From assembly GCA_038123275.1 (NCBI GenBank), contig JAYORG010000001.1, positions 358-64,357 on the forward strand: DNA of 64,000 nt, read 5' to 3'. The first letter of the stretch is position 1. Every line of letters starts with the position of its first letter. This DNA is from Rickettsiales bacterium. GTDB lineage: Bacteria > Pseudomonadota > Alphaproteobacteria > Rickettsiales > UBA1997. The notes beneath the pieces are model-generated. The model worked only from the letters and a program-made list of their open reading frames with translations. It had not been told where the DNA came from and did not search any database. The position numbers were made by a program, and so were the translations under genes. Positions 1-13,192 of this stretch are shown here, piece after piece.

Positions 1-93
1 ACAATAGCCGATTTAGACCAAAGAGAAGATGTTAATAAATATCATATTTTAGAAGCTTTAAACTACAAAAAGTTGGTGATTAATGGCTTATAA
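1..93 (+). CDS. comM: 3' end of YifB/ComM Mg-chelatase-like AAA+ ATPase (partial, runs off window start)
   Basis: Frame 1 reads TIADLDQREDVNKYHILEALNYKKLVINGL*, matching the typical ComM C-terminus (RTIADL...H..EAL.YR). Confidence 0.7.
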   Translation, partial: TIADLDQREDVNKYHILEALNYKKLVINGL

Positions 94-155
94 AATGTAT
101 TCAAACAACAAATCAATAGACTTTTACTTTGTAACTGCATACAGTTACAATTAGT

Positions 156-555
156 ATGGCTAAAAAAGGAAAGTTACTAGAAAGAGCCATCAATAATCCA
201 AAAGGATTAAGTTTCAAATATTTTGAGAATTTCTTAGTAATTTTGGTTGGATTCTTGATCGTCAAACTGGTAGTCATAAGGTTTACTACTCTGTTAGTGG
301 AGTTAGATTGCCAATTCAAAATCGTAAAGGACAGGATAAGAACCTGTTCAAGATCTTTTTAAACACCATATTTTCTCCTATTTGTGCTTATTTTTTATGA
401 AAATTACTCCAAATATTCCCGATATTAGTCGTAATTTTAATAAAAAAGCGCTACAAATAGCAGAAAATCTGACATTTAAAAAGATCTTAACAGGTTCTAA
501 GGAATATCAAGTAAAGTAATTTATTAAAATTATTGAAGGAGAAAAAAATGGTTAA
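156..555 (+). pseudogene. hicA: HicA-family toxin pseudogene (frameshift near 230, MITE insertion, premature TAA)
   Basis: Reconstruction: MAKKGKLLERAINNPKGLSFKYFEN / LSNFGWILDRQTGSHKVYYSVSGVRLPIQNRKGQDK [MITE] EYQVK*FIKIIEGEKNG*. Has the GSH motif of HicA and overlaps the hicB start. Confidence 0.85.
340..497. mobile_element. 158-bp MITE with ~24-bp terminal inverted repeats and TAA target-site duplication (IS5-family-like ends)
   Basis: Left end gaacctgttcaagatctttttaaa, right end tttaaaaagatctt-aacaggttc (1-nt indel). TAA at 337-339 and 498-500. Removing it restores the hicA frame. Confidence 0.85.
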
Positions 556-892
556 AGAAAAAAACAACAAGATAAAGTTTGATGGATTTGCCATAGAATT
601 ATTTTTAGATGATGATAAAGAATGGTTAGCTCATTTTGAAGAATTACCTCACATATCAGCCTTTGGAGAATCCCCAGAAAAAGCATTGAAAGAGTTAGAT
701 ATTGCATGGTCACAGATAAAAAAAAGCTATCTTGAAAAAGGTGAAGAAATACCACAACCTATCACAAATAAGATATTTAGCGGTCAATTTAACGTAAGAA
801 TTGACAAAAGAATACATAAAAAATTAGCAATAGAAGCCATAAAAGCTGGAGTTTCTTTAAATGCTTTAGTGTCACAAAAATTAGCGCATTAA
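548..892 (+). CDS. hicB: HicB-family antitoxin
   Basis: WLAHFEELPHISAFGESPEKAL N-domain plus C-terminal RHH motif FSGQFNVRI...LAIEA...GVSLNALV. AAGGAG RBS at 536-541 before ATG 548. Confidence 0.9.
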   Translation: MVKEKNNKIKFDGFAIELFLDDDKEWLAHFEELPHISAFGESPEKALKELDIAWSQIKKSYLEKGEEIPQPITNKIFSGQFNVRIDKRIHKKLAIEAIKAGVSLNALVSQKLAH

Positions 893-935
893 AGAAAATC
901 AACTTAAGATACTAGACTGTCTCTAAAAACCTTGA

Positions 936-1646
936 TTATTTACTATCACTAGCTAACCCAACTCTATTTTTTTTCATTAATGGGTTTCTCGCTTTATTAA
1001 AAACAAACTCACTTTGAGTTATTACAGCCCTGTCTTTTTTAGTGATCATAAACACCCCAAATTCAGCAAAAAAATTGGCACATATTTTGCCTTGTAATAA
1101 GCCAGCTTTTTTACCTTTGGCAGTTAAATAAGATTTATCTTGGATAATAAAACCCATATCATGACATAATTTTTCAAAATCATCAATAGAACAAAAATGG
1201 ATATTTGGTGTGTCATACCATTGATAGGGAATAGACTTTCTAACTGGCATTTCGCCTTTTAATAAAAGATAAAAACGGTTTTTAAAATAGGCAAAATTAG
1301 GTAATGAAATAATAGCAAAGTTAGCAATTCGAAGCATTTCTTCTAATATTTCTTTAGGATTTTGCATTGCTTGAATTGTTTGGCTTAAAATAGCATAATC
1401 AAAGCTATCATTTGGATAGTGGGGTAAATCTTTTTTAGCATCTCCTTGAATAACCGATATTCCTTTAGAAACTGCCTTGCTTACATCTTTTTGAGAAATT
1501 TCTAGCCCCCTAGCATCAACTTTTTTGATGGTTTTAAGTAAGTGTAATAACTCGCCATTGCCACAGCCAATATCAAGAACCTTAGATTTTGGTTCAATTA
1601 AATTAGCTATTACTTCTAAATCAAAACGAATATGTTTTTTACTCAT
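936..1646 (-). CDS. metW: methionine biosynthesis protein MetW (SAM-dependent methyltransferase fold)
   Basis: VLDIGCGNG, LSQTIQ and WYDTPNIH motifs; overlaps metX. Confidence 0.95.
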   Translation of the reverse strand: MSKKHIRFDLEVIANLIEPKSKVLDIGCGNGELLHLLKTIKKVDARGLEISQKDVSKAVSKGISVIQGDAKKDLPHYPNDSFDYAILSQTIQAMQNPKEILEEMLRIANFAIISLPNFAYFKNRFYLLLKGEMPVRKSIPYQWYDTPNIHFCSIDDFEKLCHDMGFIIQDKSYLTAKGKKAGLLQGKICANFFAEFGVFMITKKDRAVITQSEFVFNKARNPLMKKNRVGLASDSK

Positions 1647-2788
1647 AAGCTTTCCAAAAATCCTTTAATAGTATCTTTTAGCATTTCATTTTCTATTAAA
1701 AATGAATCATGACCAGCTCCACCTTCAATATCTATTAAACTAACATCATTACCAACAATATTAAGGGCTTGAGCTAAGCGCCTTGATTCTTGAGATGTAA
1801 ATAGCCAATCATCATCAAAAGATATTACACAAAATTTGGCAGTACAATCTTTAAAGGCATTACTTAAAATACCATCATTTTGTGCTTCTAAATCAAAATA
1901 ATCCACTGCTTTTGTTAAGTATAAATAAGAATTAGGATCAAATCTTTTAATAAAATTAAGACCTTGATGCCTTAAATAGCTTTCTACCTGAAAATCTACT
2001 CCAAAACCATAGGATAATTGTTTTTTATCTTGTAAATTGCGACCAAATTTCTCATGAAGTGATTTTTTAGACATGTAGGTAATATGAGCAGTCATTCTAG
2101 CCACGGCTAAACCTTTACTTGGATATTTCTTTTTTTCATAATATTGACCACCACACCAGTCTGGATCTGCCATAATAGCTTGTCTTCCAACCTCGTTAAA
2201 GGCAATATTTTGTGCTGAATTTCTAAATGAGGTAGAGATAGGGATAATTGCTTGAGTAATTTTTGGATAAATATTAGCCCAGGTTAGTGCTAGCATTCCA
2301 CCCATTGATCCACCAATAATTGCTAATAAATTTTTAATTTCAAAATGATCAATTAGTAATTTTTCAGCTCTAACCATATCTTCAATTGTAAGAACGGGGA
2401 AGTCTGTGCAGTATGGTTTTTTTGTTTTTTTGTTAATGTCTTTTGGACCAAAAGAGCCCATGCAACCACCAATAACATTAGAGCAAATGACAAAGTATTT
2501 ATTTGTGTCTATGGGTTTATTTTTGCCAACCATAAAATCCCACCAGCCTTCTTTTTTGGTAACAGGGTGTTTAGAAGCTACATATTGATCGCCAGTAATG
2601 GGGTGACAAATTAAAATTGCATTAGATTTATCTTTATTTAATTTGCCATATGTTTGATAAGCAACATTAAAATTATCAATTTTGATACCACTATCTAATT
2701 CTAAGGTTTTATTGGTTGCTAATTGAATAATTTTACCAATTTCATATTCTTTAAAATTAGAACCAAAGCTTGATTTTATCGTTGTCAT
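1643..2788 (-). CDS. metX: homoserine O-acetyltransferase
   Basis: AYQTYG, GGSMGG nucleophile elbow, GHDSFL. Confidence 0.95.
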   Translation of the reverse strand: MTTIKSSFGSNFKEYEIGKIIQLATNKTLELDSGIKIDNFNVAYQTYGKLNKDKSNAILICHPITGDQYVASKHPVTKKEGWWDFMVGKNKPIDTNKYFVICSNVIGGCMGSFGPKDINKKTKKPYCTDFPVLTIEDMVRAEKLLIDHFEIKNLLAIIGGSMGGMLALTWANIYPKITQAIIPISTSFRNSAQNIAFNEVGRQAIMADPDWCGGQYYEKKKYPSKGLAVARMTAHITYMSKKSLHEKFGRNLQDKKQLSYGFGVDFQVESYLRHQGLNFIKRFDPNSYLYLTKAVDYFDLEAQNDGILSNAFKDCTAKFCVISFDDDWLFTSQESRRLAQALNIVGNDVSLIDIEGGAGHDSFLIENEMLKDTIKGFLESL

Positions 2789-2864
2789 ATTTATTGTTTA
2801 TTGTCATCTTTAATTGGTTAACAGTGTCTAACCAATTCTAACAAATAGATATTAAAATTTAGCA

Positions 2865-3746
2865 ATGGAAAATCAACATAATAAGAATATTTCTAAGGAA
2901 TTGTTGAAATATCGCTCTCAAATTGATCAGATAGATAATAAAATTATCAATCTTTTAAGCGATAGAATGAAAATTGTATCCAAGGTTGGAAAACATAAGG
3001 AAAATGTTCAAGATAAGTGTTTTATTAGATCAAATCGTGAGGCTGATATGATCAAAGATTTAGTGTGTAAAGCCGATAAATCCATTCCAAAATCAGTAAT
3101 TGTTACAATTTGGCGTAAAGTTATCACTTCAGCTAATGTTTTAGAGCAAGATATTGCAATTGGAGTTCATAATCCACAAAAATTACTATCATATCATCAT
3201 TTAATTAAAGAATATTATGGTGATTTTATGCCAATTACTGATTATTCTAGTTCAAATAACGTGATATCCGAGATAGAAAAAAATAATTTACAATTAGGTA
3301 TTTTTTCTCTTCCCACAAATGATTGTAAAAATGATGACCTAGATCATTGGTGGATAAATATTGCTAATAATCAGAGTGATCTTAAAGTTTTTACTAAAAT
3401 TCCCTTCATAGAATATGAAGAAGATGAGAATATGATAAAGGATGATTTACTAGTGGTTGCCATTAAGGATGCAGAAAAATCTCAAAGTGATAAAACTTTA
3501 CTTACAATTGAACTTAATAGTGAAACATCCTCTCATTCTTTACAAAAAATATTTGCAGAAAACAACCTAGAGGCAAAAATAATTAAAAGTACCAAAATTA
3601 GAGAAATCAATAATATTGCTTTTTATCTAGTGGAAGTTGATGGTTTTTATGAACAAGATGATGAAAAAATCAAGTTGCTTTCCAGTAGCAAAATTAAGCC
3701 GCATGTAAAAGTTATTGGCAATTATCCAACACCAATTAAGTTGTAA
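2865..3746 (+). CDS. chorismate mutase (AroQ domain) with C-terminal degenerate PDT/ACT-like region
   Basis: N-terminal RSQIDQIDNKIINLLSDRM...K...RE; C-terminal IGNYPTP. Confidence 0.8.
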   Translation: MENQHNKNISKELLKYRSQIDQIDNKIINLLSDRMKIVSKVGKHKENVQDKCFIRSNREADMIKDLVCKADKSIPKSVIVTIWRKVITSANVLEQDIAIGVHNPQKLLSYHHLIKEYYGDFMPITDYSSSNNVISEIEKNNLQLGIFSLPTNDCKNDDLDHWWINIANNQSDLKVFTKIPFIEYEEDENMIKDDLLVVAIKDAEKSQSDKTLLTIELNSETSSHSLQKIFAENNLEAKIIKSTKIREINNIAFYLVEVDGFYEQDDEKIKLLSSSKIKPHVKVIGNYPTPIKL

Positions 3747-3767
3747 TTCTCTTATTATCTACTAAAT

Positions 3768-4820
3768 ATGAAAAAAACCGCAGTCATTTTATTTAACCTT
3801 GGTGGTCCAGATAAATTATCATCTGTAAAACCGTTTCTTTTTAATCTTTTTAAAGATAAAGCAATTATCAATTTACCAAATCCAATACGCTATTTATTGG
3901 CTAAATTTATTGCCAAGAGAAGAAATAAAATTGCCATGGAAATTTATAAAAAAATAGGGGGAAAGTCACCAATATTAGAAATTGTCAATAGTCAGGCTGA
4001 AAATTTAGAAAAGGAATTATCATTTTCAGGAGATTTTAAAGTGTTTGTTTGTATGAGATATTGGCACCCAATGTCAAAGGAAATAGTAAAAAAAGTCAAA
4101 GAATATGGTGCTGATGAAGTCATTATGCTTCCTTTATACCCACATTTTTCAACGACAACTACTCAATCTTCTTTTGAAGATTTTGAAGATGAAGCTAGAA
4201 AGCAAAAATTAAATGCTAATCTAAAAAAAGTTTGTTGTTATGGGACAAATTCCAAATTTATTGAATCTCATGCTGTATTAATTAAAAAAGTAATAAATAA
4301 AATTAAGAATACTAAAAATAAAAAATATCGTTTATTATTTTGTGCTCATGGTTTGCCGCAAAAAATTATTGACAATGGAGATCCTTATGTTTTTCAAATT
4401 CAAAGTTCTGCTAAAGCAATTATTGCCAAAATTATGAGTGATAAATCTTTTTTGGGAGAAGAAATAGATTTTCAAGTTTGTTATCAGTCAAGAGTTGGCC
4501 CTTTAAAATGGACCACCCCTTCTTTAGATGATGAAATTTCTAGGGCTGCAAATGATAAAAAAGGTTTAATAATAGTGCCAATATCATTTACAGGAGATCA
4601 TAGTGAAACTTTGGTTGAACTAGATATTGAGTATAAAAAAATAGCACAAGACAATAAGGTGCTTTTCTATCACAGAGTAGACGCCCTAAACAATAATGGT
4701 TATTTTATGGAATCTCTAGTTGAAATTTGTAAAAATATTAACAATAAACCCAAAGAATATGCTAGCTACAATGGCACAAGAATTTGTCCTAAAAATTTTA
4801 CAAAATGCATATGCCAATAA
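3768..4820 (+). CDS. hemH: ferrochelatase
   Basis: LFNLGGP, IGGKSP, MRYWHP, PLYPHFS, QSRVGP, DHSETLVELD. Confidence 0.97.
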   Translation: MKKTAVILFNLGGPDKLSSVKPFLFNLFKDKAIINLPNPIRYLLAKFIAKRRNKIAMEIYKKIGGKSPILEIVNSQAENLEKELSFSGDFKVFVCMRYWHPMSKEIVKKVKEYGADEVIMLPLYPHFSTTTTQSSFEDFEDEARKQKLNANLKKVCCYGTNSKFIESHAVLIKKVINKIKNTKNKKYRLLFCAHGLPQKIIDNGDPYVFQIQSSAKAIIAKIMSDKSFLGEEIDFQVCYQSRVGPLKWTTPSLDDEISRAANDKKGLIIVPISFTGDHSETLVELDIEYKKIAQDNKVLFYHRVDALNNNGYFMESLVEICKNINNKPKEYASYNGTRICPKNFTKCICQ

Positions 4821-5320
4821 TTACTGATATTTTAATTAATGATAAATCTTGGGGAAAAGAAAATCCCAATCTAGAATCTTATTTACAAGATTTAATCAAT
4901 AATGTAATTCCCAGTACTAAGCTTAATAAATTATTAAAACAAGGAATTGAGATAGAAATCAGTGTAGTTTTAAGTAATGATAATGAGATACAAAATTTAA
5001 ATAAAACTTATCGTAAAATTGATAAACCAACCAATGTTTTATCTTTTCCAGCCATCAATCCACAAGATTTTGATAATGAATTGATAACGGAGAATTTTAT
5101 AGCAATTGGCGATATTATTTTATCTTTTGAAACTATTAAAAGAGAATGTAAAGAACAAAATAAAACATTTAATAATCATTTAGTGCATTTGTTAATTCAT
5201 AGTATTTTACATTTAATTGGTTATGATCATAAAACTGATTTACAAGCAAAAGAGATGGAAGATTTAGAGATAGAATTATTAAAAAAACTTGAAATAGATA
5301 ATCCTTACATTATTAATTGA
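4811..5320 (+). CDS. ybeY: rRNA maturation endoribonuclease YbeY
   Basis: DKPTNVLSFP and HSILHLIGYDH metal motif. Confidence 0.95.
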   Translation: MPIITDILINDKSWGKENPNLESYLQDLINNVIPSTKLNKLLKQGIEIEISVVLSNDNEIQNLNKTYRKIDKPTNVLSFPAINPQDFDNELITENFIAIGDIILSFETIKRECKEQNKTFNNHLVHLLIHSILHLIGYDHKTDLQAKEMEDLEIELLKKLEIDNPYIIN

Positions 5321-5372
5321 TATCTCTTATTTAATAATCACCACAACTTATAAATAATAATAATACTAAACT

Positions 5373-6335
5373 ATGGAAGGTCGATCGACTAAAGAATTTG
5401 AAGATAAGGCAGATAATAAAACTGATGATTCAGTTACAATACAAGGTTATTCCACAAAAGAAGAAAATTCAGAAGCAAATAATGGCATTATTTCTTCATT
5501 TAAGTCTATTTTTAGAAAAATTTTTGGTCAAAAGAATAAAGAGCAGTTTTTAGAGTCCATTAGTCAATTGGTAGCTGTCTGTGCACAAAAATCATTTATA
5601 TCTAGTGAAGAGCAAAAAATGATCAATAATATCATCAAAATTGATGATATTAAAGTGTCAGATGTAATGATTCCAAGAACTGATATTATTGCCATGTCAA
5701 AAAAATCAACGTTAGAGCAGATTAAGGATATGATAATTAGTAAAGAACATACCAGAATGCCAATATATGGTGAAAATCTTGATGAAGTTATTGGTTTTAT
5801 ACATAGTAAAGATTTGGTTAAGTTTTTATCAAAAGAAGTGCAAGATTTTGATATTAATTCTCTTATTAGAACAATAATTTATGTTCCTCATTCAATGAGA
5901 GTAGTCGATTTACTTCGAAAAATGCGTTCATCTAGAGTTCATATTGCCATAGTGTTAGATGAGTATGGAGGTACTGACGGTTTAATAACAATTGAAGATA
6001 TTATGGAGGAAATTGTTGGCGAAATAGAGGATGAACACGATTTGCCAGATGATAATATTTACAATAAAATTCAAAAAGTTGGCAATAATGTTTTTCATAT
6101 TGGTGGTAGAGTTGAGATAGAAGAAATTGAAAAGCTATTATCCCAGAAAATTATGAAAGACAATAGTGATGATTTTGAAACTATTGGTGGTTTCATTTTA
6201 TCAGAAATGAAGAAGGTGCCTCAAGTTGGTGAAGTACTTAATTTTAATGCCAATCTGTCTTTTAAGATTTTGGAAGCTGATCTAAGATCAATTAAATTAA
6301 TAGAGGTTAGCAAAAAAGAAAATCTTGCAAATTGA
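5373..6335 (+). CDS. corC: CBS/CorC_HlyC-domain protein (CorC/TlyC family)
   Basis: [42 protein letters not shown]; follows ybeY. Confidence 0.85.
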   Translation: MEGRSTKEFEDKADNKTDDSVTIQGYSTKEENSEANNGIISSFKSIFRKIFGQKNKEQFLESISQLVAVCAQKSFISSEEQKMINNIIKIDDIKVSDVMIPRTDIIAMSKKSTLEQIKDMIISKEHTRMPIYGENLDEVIGFIHSKDLVKFLSKEVQDFDINSLIRTIIYVPHSMRVVDLLRKMRSSRVHIAIVLDEYGGTDGLITIEDIMEEIVGEIEDEHDLPDDNIYNKIQKVGNNVFHIGGRVEIEEIEKLLSQKIMKDNSDDFETIGGFILSEMKKVPQVGEVLNFNANLSFKILEADLRSIKLIEVSKKENLAN

Positions 6336-6441
6336 GCTTGACAATCAATTAAGGTGGCATAATATTCAACTTTAAGCAACATACGATAGAGCTGTAGATA
6401 AGTATCTAAAGTTTTTAAATATTAATCAAGTGAGGTTAACC

Positions 6442-6984
6442 ATGTTAAATAAATTATTAGTAACATTTTCTTTAGTTTTTTTACTTTCAAATTGTAAAGC
6501 TATTGATACTCAAAATAGGTTTGAGGAAGAGCAGGACATGGAAGAATTTATCATTGAAGATCAACCTCAAGATGAGCAAGATTTTGAAGTGGTTGATGAA
6601 GAAGAAGCAGATGAGTTAAACGAACAAATCAAAGAAGAAATAGAAGAAGTTGAGGTTCCAGATAGAGTTTTATTTGGTCTTAATAAGCATAATATCGATG
6701 AATCTGCTCAAGAGGTTCTTGATATTCAGGCAGAGTGGTTAGATAGTGATAGCTCTCTAAATATTATCATTGAAGGTCATTGCGATGAAAGAGGGACCAG
6801 AGAATATAACCTTGCTCTTGGTGAAAGAAGGGCTTTGGCTGCAAAGAATTATCTAGTTTCTAAAGGAGTTGATTCTTCTAGAATCAAGATTGTTACTTAT
6901 GGTAAAGAAAAGCCAGCTTTCATTGGTTCAGGAGAATCAATTTGGTCTAAGAATAGACGTGCAGTTACTGTTGTAGTAGAATAG
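6442..6984 (+). CDS. pal: peptidoglycan-associated lipoprotein (OmpA C-terminal domain)
   Basis: Lipobox LLSNC, EGHCDERGTREYNLALGERRA, YGKEKP. ATG 6442 preferred over GTG 6430. Confidence 0.93.
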   Translation: MLNKLLVTFSLVFLLSNCKAIDTQNRFEEEQDMEEFIIEDQPQDEQDFEVVDEEEADELNEQIKEEIEEVEVPDRVLFGLNKHNIDESAQEVLDIQAEWLDSDSSLNIIIEGHCDERGTREYNLALGERRALAAKNYLVSKGVDSSRIKIVTYGKEKPAFIGSGESIWSKNRRAVTVVVE

Positions 6985-7017
6985 TTCTTTTACAAAGTAA
7001 CAAAATAAAGTTTTCAA

Positions 7018-7052
7018 GCGGCCTTTTTAATAGTTAAAAAGGCCGTTTTTTT
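7018..7052 (+). terminator. Rho-independent terminator after pal
   Basis: gcggcctttttaa-tag-ttaaaaaggccgt followed by a T-run. Confidence 0.8.
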
Positions 7053-7073
7053 ATTTCAATTTTTATATCTTAA

Positions 7074-10470
<3,397 letters not shown>

Positions 10471-10534
10471 GTTTTTGCTACACCCCGGCTTCACCACGCA
10501 AGATAAGGGTGAGCCCATCCCGTCAGGGATGGGG
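10471..10534 (-). repeat. palindromic repeat family 2, copy A (between convergent ftsI and dnaK)
   Basis: Reverse complement catccctgacgggatggg...gtggtgaagccggggtgtagcaaaaac; shares blocks with 22267 and 51640. Confidence 0.8.
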
Positions 10535-10547
10535 AAGTTAAGTTATT

Positions 10548-12497
10548 TTAAGCTGCAGAAGATTTTTTATCATCATCATTCTTTTTATCATCTTCATTAA
10601 CTTCTTCAAATTCACCATCAACAACTTTTTCGCCATTATCATTAGTGTCAGAAGCTGCATCTGTAGGATTTTCTCCTGCAGCTGCTTGTTGATCTTTATA
10701 CATAGCTTCACCCAATTTCATTGAAGATTGCATTAAAGCATCAGTTGCAGTTTTTAATTCATCAGCTTTAGCATCTTCTTTAGCTAATAAATCTTTAACT
10801 TTTTGAACTTCAGCATTAATCGCTTCTTTAGTAGCGTCATCAACTTTATCACCATGTTCTGCAACACTTTTTTCAGTTGAATAAACAAGACTATCAGCTT
10901 GGTTTCTAGCTTCGACTAATTCTTTCTTTTCTTTATCGGCACTAGCATTAGCTTCGGCATCTTTTACCATTTTTTCAATCTCATCGTCACTTAAGCCGCC
11001 AGAAGATTGAATTTTAACATTTTGCTCTTTATTTGTAGCCTTATCTTTTGCCGAAACATTAACTACACCATTAGCATCAATATCAAAAGTAACTTCAATT
11101 TGAGGCATGCCTCTTGGAGCAGGTGGAATATCTTCCAAATTAAATTCTCCAAGTAATTTATTATGTACAGCAATATCTCTTTCACCTTGATAAACTTTAA
11201 TAGTAACTGCAGTTTGATTATCAGCATAAGTTGAGAATACTTGGCTTTTATTAGTTGGAATAGTGGTATTTCTATCAATTAATCTAGTAAATACACCTCC
11301 AGCAGTTTCAATCCCTAAAGATAAAGGAGTAACATCAAGAAGTAATACATCTTTAACATCACCTTGTAACACACCACCTTGAATAGCGGCGCCAATTGCT
11401 ACAACCTCATCTGGGTTTACACTTTTATTTGGTTCTTTGCCAAAGAATTTTTTAACTACCTCATTAACTTTTGGCATTCTAGTCATGCCGCCAACTAGGA
11501 TAATTTCATCAATATCATTTGCTTTAATACCAGCATCTTCCAAGGCTTTCTCACAAGGTTTAATTGTTCTTTGAACCAAGTCATCAACTAGAGATTCTAA
11601 TTTAGCTCTAGTAATTTTAACATTTAAATGTTTTGGTCCACTAGCATCAGCAGTAATATAAGGTAAGTTAACTTCAGTTTCTAAAGTTGACGATAGTTCA
11701 ATTTTAGCTTTTTCAGCTGCTTCTTTTAATCTTTGTAAGGCTAAAGGATCTTTTGTTAAATCAACAGAGGTATCTTTTTTAAATTCATCAGTTAGATATT
11801 TTAATATTACCATGTCAAAATCTTCACCACCAAGGAAAGTATCACCATTTGTTGATTTTACTTCAAATACACCATCACCAATTTCTAAAACAGAAACATC
11901 AAATGTACCACCACCTAGATCATAAACAGCAATTGTTTGACCTTCTTTCTTTTCTAAACCATAAGCTAAAGCAGCAGCAGTTGGCTCATTAATAATTCTT
12001 AATACTTCCAAACCAGCAATTTTACCAGCATCTTTTGTTGCTTGTCTTTGAGAATCATTAAAATAAGCTGGAACAGTAATAACTGCCTTTTCTACCTTTT
12101 CTCCCAAATGTTTTTCAGCAGTTTCCTTCATTTTTTGTAATGTAAAAGCAGAAATTTGACTTGGAGAATATTTTTCTTTTTCAACTTCAACCCAAGCATC
12201 ACCATTTCCGCCTTTGACAATTTTAAAAGGAACTAATTCTTGATCTTTTTTAGTAATAGGGTCATCAAATCTTCTACCAATTAATCTTTTAGCACCAAAA
12301 ATAGTGTTTTGAGGGTTAGTGACAGCTTGTCTTTTAGCAGGCGCGCCAACAGCTTTTTCGCCATCTTTTAAAAAACCTACAATCGAAGGAGTTGTTCTTG
12401 AACCTTCAGCATTTTCAATAACTTTGGCATTTTTACCATCCATAATAGCAACACAAGAGTTTGTGGTACCTAAATCAATTCCTATAACTTTACTCAT
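10548..12497 (-). CDS. dnaK: chaperone DnaK (Hsp70)
   Basis: [20 protein letters not shown], full length. Confidence 0.99.
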   Translation of the reverse strand: MSKVIGIDLGTTNSCVAIMDGKNAKVIENAEGSRTTPSIVGFLKDGEKAVGAPAKRQAVTNPQNTIFGAKRLIGRRFDDPITKKDQELVPFKIVKGGNGDAWVEVEKEKYSPSQISAFTLQKMKETAEKHLGEKVEKAVITVPAYFNDSQRQATKDAGKIAGLEVLRIINEPTAAALAYGLEKKEGQTIAVYDLGGGTFDVSVLEIGDGVFEVKSTNGDTFLGGEDFDMVILKYLTDEFKKDTSVDLTKDPLALQRLKEAAEKAKIELSSTLETEVNLPYITADASGPKHLNVKITRAKLESLVDDLVQRTIKPCEKALEDAGIKANDIDEIILVGGMTRMPKVNEVVKKFFGKEPNKSVNPDEVVAIGAAIQGGVLQGDVKDVLLLDVTPLSLGIETAGGVFTRLIDRNTTIPTNKSQVFSTYADNQTAVTIKVYQGERDIAVHNKLLGEFNLEDIPPAPRGMPQIEVTFDIDANGVVNVSAKDKATNKEQNVKIQSSGGLSDDEIEKMVKDAEANASADKEKKELVEARNQADSLVYSTEKSVAEHGDKVDDATKEAINAEVQKVKDLLAKEDAKADELKTATDALMQSSMKLGEAMYKDQQAAAGENPTDAASDTNDNGEKVVDGEFEEVNEDDKKNDDDKKSSAA

Positions 12498-12643
12498 TAT
12501 TTTTTGTTTAAATTATTAATATTTTTAATGATAAAATCATATATATGAACTATAAAAAAAATTACAAGAGCAACATATTAAAGTATGTTCTAATTTTAAG
12601 AAAAAGATGTTTACTAATTAACTAAAGGGATAATAATTACTAT

Positions 12644-13177
12644 TTGTTTTTTGATATAAATATCTTTTTAAAGATGCCTCATAATTTATTAAAAATTTCA
12701 GTTCTATATCTAACTGCCATACTATTGACAATAGTAAATTTAAATAGCATTAGCAATAATCCTACTGGCCTTGTCATATCTTTGCCTTTATTTGAAATAA
12801 TGATTATTTACTATTTTGCAATTTATAAAAAGAATGTTTTTGGTTTAGGGTTTATATTTTTTATTGGAATTTGGAGTGACTCACTCAATGGGATACCTCT
12901 TGGAATTACTTCTTTAATATATGTAGTTGTTGTAAAGATATTCGATCTAATAAGTCATAAACAATCACCAAAGGAAGATTTTAAATCAATCTTAAAAGAA
13001 TTTGTTATATTTATTACTGTCATACTATTTTTAAAATGGTTATTATTATCCTTTTATTATAAGGATCCATATAGTGTTTCACCTTTTTTATCGCAAGTGA
13101 TAATATCATCTTTAACTTATGTTATAATGCATAAATTCTTTGATTTTCTAAGTAAGAAATTTTTGATAGAATATTAA
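12644..13177 (+). CDS. mreD: rod shape-determining protein MreD
   Basis: Polytopic membrane protein with F.IG...D.L.G.PLG motif directly upstream of PBP2; start probably ATG 12674. Confidence 0.75.
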   Translation: MFFDINIFLKMPHNLLKISVLYLTAILLTIVNLNSISNNPTGLVISLPLFEIMIIYYFAIYKKNVFGLGFIFFIGIWSDSLNGIPLGITSLIYVVVVKIFDLISHKQSPKEDFKSILKEFVIFITVILFLKWLLLSFYYKDPYSVSPFLSQVIISSLTYVIMHKFFDFLSKKFLIEY

Positions 13178-13192
13178 CTGTAGCACCTGGTA

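Noticed and set aside
113-362. Track ORFs 113-319(-) and 156-362(+) as real proteins
   Set aside because: Both are explained by the frameshifted hicA pseudogene and its antisense strand.
12530-12572. RpoH-like promoters before dnaK (and before htpG near 23198-23225)
   Set aside because: CTTG..N..TAT matches are plausible but too degenerate in this AT-rich background to call.
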